From Sphagnum compactum (taxonomy: Eukaryota), in NCBI GenBank assembly GCA_965153455.1, contig OZ234494.1:62001-126000 (forward strand): DNA of 64,000 bases. Direction: 5' to 3'. Below the pieces are notes generated by a model. The model was not told the DNA's origin. It saw only the letters and a list, made by a program, of their open reading frames with translations, and made no database searches. Positions 38,752 to 49,945 of the stretch are shown here, piece by piece (position 1 is the first letter of the stretch; each line of letters starts with the position of its first letter). The translations under genes and the position numbers were made by a program.

Positions 38752-41700
38752 TGTCGCAACCCCACTTTGTCCAAGTGTGGGGGTGAAGCCCAACACTTGG
38801 AAAAGTTGGAGGTTTGGAGTCCTCCGGGACTCCCAAATGTTTAGAGCTCGACAGCAAGGCCCAAAACACCTCGCATTGAGGTGTTCTTGGTGTCATTGAA
38901 AAGGTCTTGAAACGTAGATATCGAAAATGGCCTCGCATTGGCCATTTGGACATCTGCAGCCCAAGTTATGGGCAAAAGAAAGGCCGGGAGTCAAACTGGC
39001 AATTTGACTCCCGACCACTAAAAGTCGGAAATCGACCCTTTTGCGACGTCGCCTCAGGGAGTGCGACATGGCGTTGAAAAGTTCTCCACGAGGGCTACAA
39101 CTTTGGTTCAGACCTCGTTGCGATCGGACTTCGGAATCGGGAGTTATGATCGTTCAAAGTCCCGGGAGTCCCGCCGGGACAATTTCGGGACTCCATTTCG
39201 GGAGTCCCAACAAAATGTGCCATTTGGATGTAGCCTCCGTGGTGAGCTGCAGAGATAACTATAAGGGGGGGAAGGTGGTGGCTTCCCCCAAGTCCGGGCT
39301 GTGGTGAGTCAAGTAGTCCGAAGTGCCCGTGGCTTGTCCCAACACCCAAGGGTGTTCCCGAATGTGAACTAACCCATTTGTGGTTGGTTTTGGATGCAGA
39401 TTCGTGCTTGATCTACTAGTCCATCTTCCTAGTCTAATCCCGGGGCTTCCAACTCGACCCTCTACCCCTTTCTAGAGTTGGAAGTCGGGAGCGTGCCCTT
39501 CGGTCCCCACTTTCCGCAACTTCACATTGGTGAACCCTCAAGTGGGTTCACCTCGGGACCAAGGAGCGCGTCACGTGGTATCAGAGCTCAAGGTGAAGCT
39601 CAACGACATTTTTGGGAAGGCACCCAAGAAGAACCGGAAGCTAGCCCCGGAGCCTAGGTCCGAGGAGCCCGTCGATGACCTAGTAGCCCAGCCGGAATCA
39701 ATTGGGGAGGAACCAAACTTCCGGGAGGACCAAGATGAGCCCGAGGTTGAACCCGAGAGTGAGGAGGAACAACGGAGCTCGGTCCTATTCACCCCGGAGC
39801 AACTTGAAGTCCTCCTCAAGATGAATAGGCCCGACTTTGGTGAGTTGGTGGCGGCCCTCAAAACGGGGGCCTCCAAAGGTGAAAGGTTTCAACCGGCCAA
39901 GCCCGGAAATTTCGATGGTGCCCGAGACCGTAAGGTGGTGGATGCTTGGCTTGCGGAAATGGATGATTATATTCATGCCACCAAGGTTGGACGGAATTCC
40001 GCCGTGGAGCTCGCCCAATCCTACTTGAAAGGCTATGCCGCCACATGGTGGCGGACGGTGAGACAAGAGGAGGGCAAGAACCATGGCTATACGTGGGAGT
40101 TTTTCAAGGATCGCATTGAGGCGGAGTTCATTCCGAGAAACTCCGACTACATTTCTAGGTGCAAACTCCGCGACCTTGTGAATGCCACAAATGAAAATTT
40201 GAGGCAATATGTGAGGGCCTATTCCGAACTCATGTTGGAGATCCGGCACATGCACGAGTTGGATCGTGTGTGCCAATTCGTGATGGGACTTCCGACTTGG
40301 GCCAAGCGAAAGCTTGAGGAGAGTTGGCCCGCCTCGTTATCCGAGGCCATCACGAAAGTGGAGAACTTCTCGGATGTGGGGCGGAGCGACAAATCCGGGT
40401 TCAAGAAGGACAACAAGTTCCTTCACAAAAAGCCGAGGCATGAGGGGGAATGGAACCGGGGGCAAGGTAGCCCAACCAAGGATAAGCCAAAACAATTCCA
40501 AGGCTCGGGGTTCAAGCCAAAAAGTAGCTTCGTGAAAAAAGGGGCTCCTTTCAAAGGGAGCCAAACCAAGGGAGACTTTGGAGCAAAGCCCAAGGGTGCA
40601 TGTTTCAATTGCAACGAGGTGGGGCATTACTCCAAAGATTGTCCCAAATCCAAAACGGGGGTTGGGAGCTCTAAGGTACTTGCTCTCAATACCACTTTAG
40701 CCCAACCGGAATGCAATCGACTTATATTCTTGAAAGGGAAGATTGCTAAACGAGAAATCTTATGTCTTTTGGACACAGGGGCCTCCCACAACTTCATAAC
40801 TCGGGAGGGCGCCGAAAGGATGGAGCTCCACTTGGAGGAGCTCAAGGCACCCATTGAGGTGCATTTCGCGGATGGGGTTCCCCATCCAACTACACTACAA
40901 GCAAAGGGAGTGCCTCTCCAATTGGGAAATTGGAGAGGAAAGGTGGACTTGTTGGTTTCCACCTTGGGTGGAATGGATTGTGTTCTCGGAATGGAGTTCA
41001 TCACCCAAAACAATGTGCTCATAGAAAGGCACAATAGGTTGGTTAGAATCCCATCTAAAAGTGGGATTGTGCGAGTTAAGGCACATGAGTTGCCTTGTGT
41101 GGGTGGTTCAACCATCCACTTCATGTTAGGAAAAGCTTGGGAAAGAGAGTGCGTGGGGGGTTTCGGCATGATGTGTGTCATGCGGGTGTTGGACGAATAT
41201 GAGCCCAAGGAAGCCACCAAGTTGGTGACTTCCGCCAAGTGCATAAAGCAAGTCTTACAAGAGTTCCCGGATGTGATGCCCGAAGAGTTGCCCGAAGACT
41301 TGCCCCCGAGAAGACGAGTTGATCATGCGATTGAAGTGATACCGGGAGTGGAACCGCCCGCCAAGGCCCCATATAGAATGAGCCACGAGGAGTTGAAGGA
41401 ACTCAAGGTTCAACTTGAGGAACTCCTCGCGAAAGGTTACATCAAACCAAGCAAGTCACCATATGGGGCACCCGTCCTTTTTGTTCACAAGAAGGATGGG
41501 ACTTTGAGGATGTGTGTGGATTATAGAGCACTCAATAAGGCAACGGTGAAAAACCGTTATCCTTTACCTCGCATCGATGATCTATTTGACCGTCTCTCGG
41601 GAGCCAAGGTTTTTAGTAGAATTGATCTACGTTCGGGATATTACCAAATAAGGATCGCGGAAGGGGACGAAGAAAAGACCGCTTGTCGCACAAGGTATGG

Positions 41701-44700
41701 GTCATACGAGTTCTTGGTGATGCCCTTTGGGCTCACCAATGCACCCGCAACATTTTGCACCCTCATGAATGACATTTTCCGCGAATGGCTTGATGATTTT
41801 GTGGTCGTCTACATAGACGACATTTGGATTTATAGTAGCTCCATGGAGGAGCATGCGGAGCACCTTCGCAAGGTGTTCCAAAGGCTAAGGGAAAACAAGT
41901 TGTATGCCAAGCTTGAGAAGTGCGAATTTGGGGTGACGGAAGTGGATTTCTTCGGGCATAGGATAACTCAAGATGGTTTGATGATGGATGATCACAAGGT
42001 CAAGGCGATATTGGATTGGGAGCCGCCTGATTCGGTTCCCGCCTTGAGATCCTTTCTAGGATTGGCCTCCTATTATCGCAAGTTTATAAAGAACTTTGCG
42101 AGAATAGCGGCCCCTTTGACAAACCTCTTGAAGAAGTCCGCCGTCACTTATGATTGGGATGAAGCATGCGACGAAGCCTTTGGAACGTTGAAGGGCATTT
42201 TGGTGAAGGCGCCGGTGTTGAAGTTGCCCGACTTTGACAAGGAGTTTGAAATCCATTCCGACGCCTCCGACTTTGCAATTGGGGGTGTCATAGTGCAAGA
42301 TGGAAGACCGGTGGCCTTTGAAAGCAAGAAGTTGAGTGAGACGGAGCGAAGGTGGCCAACTCACGAGAAGGAAATGTGGGCGGTCATACATTGTCTCAAG
42401 ACTTGGGGCCATTACATAGGCTCCAAAGATGTGGTGGTGTGGACCGACAATGTGACCTTGAAATACTTCGCAACTCAACCCAAGTTGTCATCAAAACAAC
42501 AAAGGTGGCAAGACACATTGGCCTTGTTCAATGTGGACATCCGGCACAAGCCGGGAAAGGAGAACATAGTCCCCGATGCTTTGAGCCAGAAACACCAACT
42601 TAGAGTGGTGTATGTGGGAGAGTCGGAACTTCAAAAGGAAGTTAGATTAGCAAACCGCCGGGATGCTTTTGCCAAGGAGGCAAGGCAAAGCATCCAAAAT
42701 GGAGCCAAGTCCCACTTCCACTTTAAAAATGGATTGTTGTGGTACAAGCAAAACCGACTCTATGTGCCGAAAGGGAAAATTAGGGACACACTTTTGAAGG
42801 AATGTCACGATGGACCGCTTGCGGGCCATGGTGGTGCAAAGCGCACCACAACATTCCTAAAGAAGTCCTACTATTGGCCCAACTTGAAGGATGATGCGGA
42901 GGAGTACGTCAAGACTTGCTTAGCTTGTCAACAAAACCGGACCCTCAATAAGAAGCAAGTGGGTTTGTTGCAACCTTTGCCAATTCCCGAAGGGCCGTGG
43001 GAAAGTGTGTCAATGGACTTTATGGTAAGTTTGCCCCCTTCAAAGGGGTTCGATGCCATCATGGTTGTGGTGGATCGATTTAGCAAAATGGCACACTTCA
43101 TTCCCACAAAGGATGAAGCCACGGCTCAAGAGACGGGGAGGTTGTTCTTCTCCCACATTTTCAAGCATCATGGCCTTCCAAAGGACATAGTGTCGGATCG
43201 GGATCCAAAGTTCACGAGTAAGTTTTGGAGGGCCTTGTGGAAGCGAATGGGGTCGGAACTCAAAATGAGCAGTTCATTCCGCCCCCAAACCGATGGACAA
43301 ACCGAGAGGGTGAACTTGGTGATCCAACAATTCCTAAGGAATTATGTGGCGACGGATCAACAAGATTGGGTGGATCATTTGGAGTTAGCCGAGTTTTGTT
43401 ACAACAACTCGGTACACTCCGCAACGGGATCCACCCCATTCCAAATGTTGACGGGCAAGTCACCAATTGTGCCCATGACTTGGGCCGCACAAGGACAACC
43501 TTCGATTGATGCAAGTGAGGAAGTGCCAATGGTCACACAACTTGATGAAGAAAGAAAGCGCTTGTGGGAGTTGGCAAAAGCCAACTTGGAAAAGGCGCAC
43601 AAAAGGTACAAGGATTTTGCGGACAAGTCCCGACGAGAGGTGAAGTTTCAAGAAGGAGACGAGGTGTGGTTGAACATAAAGAACTTCCGGTTGCCCGAAG
43701 GGTTAAGTCATAAGTTTATGGGCCCATATGCGGGTCCATTCAAAGTGTTGGAAAAGAAACTTTCCGACACTTATAAGTTAGAATTACCGGAAAATCTTAG
43801 AGTTCATCCCACATTTCATGTTTCCCTTTTGAAGCCGGTCTCCCGCGACACCTCAAGGCCTAATAGAGAGCATCATTCAAGGCCTCCACCGGACTTGGTT
43901 CATAATGAACCCGAGTTTGAGGTAGAGGCCGTGCTCAAATCAAGGCAACTTAGAGGGCGAGAGCGGGAATACTTAGTTAAGTGGAAAGGTTACCATGCAA
44001 TAGAAGCTTCTTGGGTGAATGAATTCGACATGGAACATGCCCAAGAAGCCATAGAAGAATTCCACGCTAGACCGGCAAAGAAAAGACGTAGAGCGTGATG
44101 AGGACATCACCTTTCTTTTAGAGGGGGAAAGTTTCATAAAATGTACCACATCAAGTTGCAAGTGAAATAAAAAGGGCTTTAAAACTTCCAAGAGATTGTA
44201 TCATGAAAAATTTGTTAAGGCAAATAGGGTTGTGGCATGGACAAATAGAACTCTCTTGCGTAGGCCCAAATCAAAATCGGACTCCTACCTTGGGGTTGAG
44301 GAAACTTGGCCCCAAAAGAGGAGGCAAGCAAGGTGAGCTTGCGGGGACATGCACATGCCTTAAGTGCATCCCAAAGGGTTGGTTGGTAGTGTGGCCAACA
44401 CGGGAAGTCATGACCCCGCTCGCATACTTTAAGTGTAGTTTGGGACTTGGGTTAGGCAAACCTAAGTGTTGCTTCTCGTACCTTGATAAGCAAACCTTTT
44501 AGTTAAGGCTTGGTTGTTGTGACCAAGGCGCGAGATAGGAAAAGGAGTCATGTCAAGTAGCTTAGGTCAAGAGTAGACTTGACTTAAGTCCTCATGAAGG
44601 GAAGGATGGAAAAAGGTCCCTCCCAAATGAGGGCTTCGTCAATTAGACTAGTTTAGTCTTTTGACGAAGCAAAGAAAGAGGGTTCCCTACAAGACCTTCT

Positions 44701-45250
44701 TGGACTTGTCAAGAAAGTGTTGGAAACTTGGGGACGCCTAAGTTAGCTTGAGACAAGGTCCGAGCCGCAAGAGTCGGCAAATGGCCAAGGATCCAAAAGA
44801 AAGCAATTGCAATTGTATGAAGGAAAATTCTAAGTGTCAATGAGGACATTGACCTCTTTCTTCTAGTGGGGGAGAGTGTCGCAACCCCACTTTGTCCAAG
44901 TGTGGGGGTGAAGCCCAACACTTGGAAAAGTTGGAGGTTTGGAGTCCTCCGGGACTCCCGAATGTTCAGAGCTCGACAGCAAGGCCCAAAACACCTCGCA
45001 TTGAGGTGTTCTTGGTGTCATTGAAAAGGTCTTGAAACGTAGATATCGAAAATGGCCTCGTATTGGCCATTTAGACATCTGCAGCCCAAGTTATGGGCAA
45101 AAGAAGGGCCGGGAGTCAAACTGGCAATTTGACTCCCGACCACTAAAAGTCGGAAATCGACCCTTTTGCGACGTCGCCTTAGGGAGTGCGACATGGCGTT
45201 GGAAAGATCTCGACGAGGGCTACAACTTTGGTTCAGACCTCGTCACGATC
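38752..45250 (+). mobile_element. Near-complete Ty3/gypsy chromovirus; 3' LTR truncated
   Basis: 5' LTR 38752-39573, PBS (tRNA-iMet type) TGGTATCAGAGC 39576-39587, single gag-pol frame, PPT 44865-44876, 3' LTR 44877 to ~45250. Confidence 0.95.
39617..44098 (+). CDS. Gag-Pol polyprotein (gag, CCHC, PR, RT, RH, INT, chromodomain); start codon mutated ATG to AAG
   Basis: Uninterrupted frame 39527-44098 with all domains in gypsy order. The sister copy has ATG at the homologous codon. Confidence 0.95.
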   Translation, partial: KAPKKNRKLAPEPRSEEPVDDLVAQPESIGEEPNFREDQDEPEVEPESEEEQRSSVLFTPEQLEVLLKMNRPDFGELVAALKTGASKGERFQPAKPGNFDGARDRKVVDAWLAEMDDYIHATKVGRNSAVELAQSYLKGYAATWWRTVRQEEGKNHGYTWEFFKDRIEAEFIPRNSDYISRCKLRDLVNATNENLRQYVRAYSELMLEIRHMHELDRVCQFVMGLPTWAKRKLEESWPASLSEAITKVENFSDVGRSDKSGFKKDNKFLHKKPRHEGEWNRGQGSPTKDKPKQFQGSGFKPKSSFVKKGAPFKGSQTKGDFGAKPKGACFNCNEVGHYSKDCPKSKTGVGSSKVLALNTTLAQPECNRLIFLKGKIAKREILCLLDTGASHNFITREGAERMELHLEELKAPIEVHFADGVPHPTTLQAKGVPLQLGNWRGKVDLLVSTLGGMDCVLGMEFITQNNVLIERHNRLVRIPSKSGIVRVKAHELPCVGGSTIHFMLGKAWERECVGGFGMMCVMRVLDEYEPKEATKLVTSAKCIKQVLQEFPDVMPEELPEDLPPRRRVDHAIEVIPGVEPPAKAPYRMSHEELKELKVQLEELLAKGYIKPSKSPYGAPVLFVHKKDGTLRMCVDYRALNKATVKNRYPLPRIDDLFDRLSGAKVFSRIDLRSGYYQIRIAEGDEEKTACRTRYGSYEFLVMPFGLTNAPATFCTLMNDIFREWLDDFVVVYIDDIWIYSSSMEEHAEHLRKVFQRLRENKLYAKLEKCEFGVTEVDFFGHRITQDGLMMDDHKVKAILDWEPPDSVPALRSFLGLASYYRKFIKNFARIAAPLTNLLKKSAVTYDWDEACDEAFGTLKGILVKAPVLKLPDFDKEFEIHSDASDFAIGGVIVQDGRPVAFESKKLSETERRWPTHEKEMWAVIHCLKTWGHYIGSKDVVVWTDNVTLKYFATQPKLSSKQQRWQDTLALFNVDIRHKPGKENIVPDALSQKHQLRVVYVGESELQKEVRLANRRDAFAKEARQSIQNGAKSHFHFKNGLLWYKQNRLYVPKGKIRDTLLKECHDGPLAGHGGAKRTTTFLKKSYYWPNLKDDAEEYVKTCLACQQNRTLNKKQVGLLQPLPIPEGPWESVSMDFMVSLPPSKGFDAIMVVVDRFSKMAHFIPTKDEATAQETGRLFFSHIFKHHGLPKDIVSDRDPKFTSKFWRALWKRMGSELKMSSSFRPQTDGQTERVNLVIQQFLRNYVATDQQDWVDHLELAEFCYNNSVHSATGSTPFQMLTGKSPIVPMTWAAQGQPSIDASEEVPMVTQLDEERKRLWELAKANLEKAHKRYKDFADKSRREVKFQEGDEVWLNIKNFRLPEGLSHKFMGPYAGPFKVLEKKLSDTYKLELPENLRVHPTFHVSLLKPVSRDTSRPNREHHSRPPPDLVHNEPEFEVEAVLKSRQLRGREREYLVKWKGYHAIEASWVNEFDMEHAQEAIEEFHARPAKKRRRA

Positions 45251-46634
45251 AGGGTTTCGATAGGTTCAAGGTTTGGTTTCAGGGTAGTTAATGCGAAGAA
45301 GAAGAAGAAAGAAACAAAGAAATAAAGAAGTCCCCCGTCTCCTCCTCATCCGCATATACGATCAATTTCTCTACCGCACACTTGCATGCCCAAATACGCA
45401 GCCCACAAAAGCAAGCAACAAAAGCGGGAGAGCAAATGCAGTCTACAATTGCGCAAGAAACGCTCCGTTGCAACGCTCTGAGAGCTTATTCAGCCATCGC
45501 TAACTATGGTCAGGTCAATGCAGAACCTAACCACAGTTATTATATCCGTGCTTTCATCTTAGTAAAGATTTTGCCCCTGTTTTGTTTTTCCCCACTTCCA
45601 TTTAATTTTTGAACCCCCAAAAACATAAGTGTAGGGTAAAGCCCATAGCCACCGGCTTTACTGGAATAGCGGGGTCTGTAAGGGGAAGCTGAGCACAGGC
45701 CCAATTTCAGTAAAGGCTGTAGCCAAGGGCTTTACATCAGCCTTTTTTTTTTGGCCGAACTGGTTTAGGGTTTAGGGCCACACACTGTCATTGGATGAGG
45801 ATTAGAGTGCTAGTTTTCATATATAGTTTTAAATATGCAACAATGTGCCTAATTATTATTATTATTATTACTTCTAGTTCAAGGTTGAATTGAGTTACCC
45901 TAAACATCCTAAACCCCATCATCGTTGATCTATACCCCAATAACTAAACAACATTTTCAACCGTTTATGAGAATTGAATGAGATTCCCATGGCAAAAAAC
46001 TTGGTATTCAATGTAATTCTGTTTGGTGATTTTGTACATGCATGAGCAATTTTTTTTTACTGGTTTTTTGTAGGGTGAATATTTTTTGGGAAGTAGGTGT
46101 GGTAGTTGTGTGGTAAAGCTTTTCTTAACAGGAAGACTCCCTTATTTTGGAGGGTCATAACTTTCACAAATCTAAACAGAATTGAGTGATTCAAAAGTTC
46201 AATGGAGTGCCCATAGATGGGTTACAAATTACCTTTAGACTCTACCACCAACCAAGTGATAACTATGGTGCCATGGTCTAATAATACACTAAGTGCGCAG
46301 TCATCTGCCTGTCTACCCTAGTAGGGTATGCATACATCCTCAAGTTGTTTCTATCAGTAATGCATTCCCCTTGATCATCCATGAGCTCTGTGATAATTGA
46401 GGAGTTAGACCTATCTCTAATGCAAGCCAAAATTCCTGAGTGACTTTGGCATCTCTGGCCTTCCATCAAAGATGAGCCCTTACATCATGACTTAATGTTT
46501 CCGAACTCATGAATCTGGTCAGTTAACTCCTGTACCCTAAACTGACAGTTAGGGTAGGATTAGTTGCATTGTAAAGACTAATGAAAAGAAAAGGAAAGGA
46601 AACAGAATGCCCCAAATGGAAATCCATTGATCAT

Positions 46635-46826
46635 ATAGTCCGACGCGGCTGCGTCTCCTTGCTACACGTGCCACGTCACCCGTTAACGTGACACCTGAAC
46701 GAATCCGCCTATCTCTCACGGGTGGGGCCCATCCTACGGGTGTCGTGTCTCTAGGGGTCTATGTAGTGTGCTACTGTCCGTCCGGAGTCAGGGGAAGGAA
46801 CTTTCTTCCTTTAATATATATAATAT
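46635..46826 (-). mobile_element. Small non-autonomous Helitron-like element (tentative)
   Basis: Minus strand starts TATATATTAAAGGAAG and ends with hairpin GACGC-AGCC-GCGTC then GGACTAT. It is a GC-rich island in AT-rich DNA, and the CTRR end is imperfect. Confidence 0.3.
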
Positions 46827-47562
46827 ATGTACCTAAAAAAAAAAGAAAAGAAAAAGTGGGTAGGTGTTCCCTTCTCATCAAGCTTTTCCTCCTACACAAA
46901 ATTATTGAGACAAAAGGCCAAAAACTTCAACACTAATTTTCATCCCAATTTTTTTAAAAAATAATAATAAAAAATAAAATACTTATATATATATAATTCA
47001 ACAAAAATTATAAAAAAAGTATTTTCTTCTGTTTTGGTAGCTACCTAATGTTTTGGTGGATTTGTTTTGGTCAAGTCTGTGCATCCATCCATCCATCCAT
47101 CCAAATTTTTTGCAGGAGGAGAAAATGGAGTTCATAAGGGACTTTCCAAGTTGCTGGATCTGCCACATTTTGTGTGCTTTCTGAGTGTGTGTGTGTGTGT
47201 GTGTGTGTGGGCTAGCTCTCTCTCTCTCTCTCTCTCTCAACATAATTGAAGAAGGATTTAAGAGCCAGACCACTACCAGTTAAAAAACTTGAGAGAGAGA
47301 GAGAGAGAGAGAGAGTGTGTGTGTGTGTGCCACAATGATTTTGTAGCTAGTCAAGGGAGGTGGGTGGGTGGGTGGAAGAAAAGATTTGTTTTTGCTAGTG
47401 TGGTACAGTTTGTTGTCTGGCACAGTTTCAGAACCACCCATTAAGTTATTGTTGACATAGGCGCACAAATTCAACCCACAATTACTATTGGGGACAAAAT
47501 AGTCAAGGACATTATTACTTTCTACACTCAACTCATCAACTCAGCCACCACCCAGCCCAGAG
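46826..47562 (+). repeat. ~740 bp local duplication, copy 1 (LINE-empty), with TG/CT/GA microsatellites
   Basis: Near-identical to 48150-48551 plus 54333-54652. Confidence 0.9.
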
Positions 47563-48551
47563 GGAGTAAACTGTAATACATAAGGTGTCAGAATAAAAGT
47601 GACATACATGTACATTCAGAATGGAGGTTGGAAAGAGGGCAGCTGTGGCAGGAAGATAGTTATTATTATGACAGTTTGGAGAGGACTCACAATTTCTTAA
47701 ATTATTTTTTTCCTAGTCAACTATGGCAATTGGCAACTTGCAAGCTTCGTCTAAGCATTTACTAAAAGCCTTCACAACTTATTACATTGGCGACTTGCAT
47801 GTTTTGCAGAACCTTTGCTGATTACAATTTCCATTCATTTTGTACAACAGAGGAAGATCATGACTTCAGAATTAAATCAATTGTGTATCAATAGATTGTC
47901 TGTTCAAAATGTTAAGTAACAATGCAAATGGATAGATAGACACAAAATTCTAAACTTTATTTCAATAAATTAACATCAATTTTTATGAATGAATTTGAAT
48001 CATCTCATGCTTATTATTATTGAGCTTGTTTTGTAAACCTGGTATTTTATTTTTATTTATTTTATTTATTATTTTTGCCTGCAAGAGAAAGGAAAATTTT
48101 GATTACCCTATGCACAAACAAGCCATCCAAGTCTCACTTAGTAGTATATATGTGTACCTAAAAAAAAAAGAAAAAAAAAAGTGGGTAGGTGTTCCCTTCT
48201 CATCAAGCTTTTCCTCCTACACAAAATTATTGAGACAAAAGGCCAAAAACTTCAACACTAATTTTCATCCCAAATTTTTTAAAAAATAATAATAATAAAT
48301 AAAATACTTATATATATATAATTCAACAAAAATTATAAAAAAAGTATTTTCTTCTGTTTTGGTAGCTACCTAATGTTTTGGTGGATTTGTTTTGGTCAAG
48401 TTTGTGCATCCATCCATCCATCCATCCAAATTTTTTGCAGGAGGAGAAAATGGAGTTCATAAGGGACTTTCCAAGTTGCTGGATCTGCCACATTTTGTGT
48501 GCTTTCTGAGTGTGTGTGTGTGGGCTAGCTCTCTCTCTCTCAACATAATTG

Positions 48552-49945
48552 CCCGAACTTGCACAATGACCAAAATCCCAATTTGGAACGGGAATGCTCC
48601 CGCAAGCACTACCCCAACGTGGAGTGAAAGGGTAGCACGAGGCCTTACTGATACATCCGCCACCCAATTCACCACCCACTCTCACAGAAACGGGAGGAGT
48701 CAAGGGAGTTGGAGCAAGTATTCATCTAGGGAAATTGGATCAACTTCTCAAACGGAAGGAACTCAAACAAGACAAAATGCTCTCACCAAAATTGGAAAAG
48801 ATCAGGGAATGGGGGAGTTGTCAGCCTCCCTAACTCATCAAGTAGAGTGTAACCTCAACGTGATCCCTTCAAAAGTCACAACTCTGGTGAAGAGCACGGA
48901 TGGGAGTAACACCTCCAAAGCCAAATTAAGTTTCAATCTCTCGGGTGAGAAGAATGACTCAGCGCGAGGAAAATGGGCTGATCAAAACCCTTTTGAAGTG
49001 TTAAACGGGGAAAACGAGCGCTCCGATTTTCTTAGGAAAATCCTGAAAGAAATAGAGGGAGGATGGACATTCCAGGCGAAAAAAAAGAATAAGGAAAGGG
49101 TCGACACAATACGCCCAGATAGCATCCAATCTCCTCACCCTTCCACACGAGAAAGCATAGCCCCAAGGGGGAAAAGAGGTCAGACGTATTCAAAACTCCA
49201 TCAATCTTTCTTTACCTCCTTAGGAATCCCTCTCCCAACCAATGTGGATCTCTGTAGAGCCAGGGTATGGCCAGTACTCACAAGAGAAAAAAGCCCCCAA
49301 AAGGAGGTATTAATACATTCTAGAAACCAAGCCCTCCCCAACCTTCCAATTGGCATCAGAATCACAGGGGACGGGAGAGAGGATTGGTCCTCCAAATCAG
49401 CCATGGACGAACTGATCCAACACATAGCAATCGGGCTAGAGGAGAACGTTCTGCGGCATAAACTCCTGCTGAAGGACCAACTCAGCCTCGAATGGAGCTG
49501 GCAAGAGGAGCTAAACAAGGGCGGATCTGAATGTACCATCCTTGCCCACATCCCCATCGGCTCCAATCCCGTCAGCATACAGAACAAAAAGCACTTACAC
49601 TGGAAAGCTGTCAAATCAATCTCAAGCATGAACAACGAAATAGAATTCGTCACCCCAGCCCACAACCTTCTTCTAAAGCAAGGAGTGGGAGGGGAAGAAT
49701 GCCAAGTTCACAAAAACAAGGCCGCCAGCCGGCAGACCTCGCCCCAAGCGCCTCGGAAGAAGCAATTCACGCCACTAGATTTGGGGCGTTCTCAGACTTC
49801 CAATGTGGCCATACATAACACCACCACTATCACCAACTCGCAAGAGCTCGAATGGGAACGGAATGAAGACAGCTCCCAGAAGTGCCTCCTACCACAGGGA
49901 TCGATCGGCACTCAAGCCGCCCTAGACCAACCACCTCATGAATAA
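48552..49945 (+). CDS. LINE ORF1 (probably 5'-truncated)
   Basis: Open frame whose stop overlaps the ORF2 ATG (cATGaaTAA). No domain recognised. Confidence 0.6.

Noticed and set aside
16686-39573. Recurring short ORFs in LTRs (e.g. MGVGTSHGHF..., MSKWPMRGHF...)
   Set aside because: They recur only because the LTRs are repeated. Many use non-ATG starts and their stops vary between copies.
16686-45250. CRISPR-like array suggested by recurring GGGAGTCCC palindromes
   Set aside because: No constant repeat-spacer period, no cas genes, and the context is eukaryotic LTRs.
48392-48551. N-terminal extension of LINE ORF1 in the ORF track
   Set aside because: It lies outside the TSD, in flanking microsatellite DNA.
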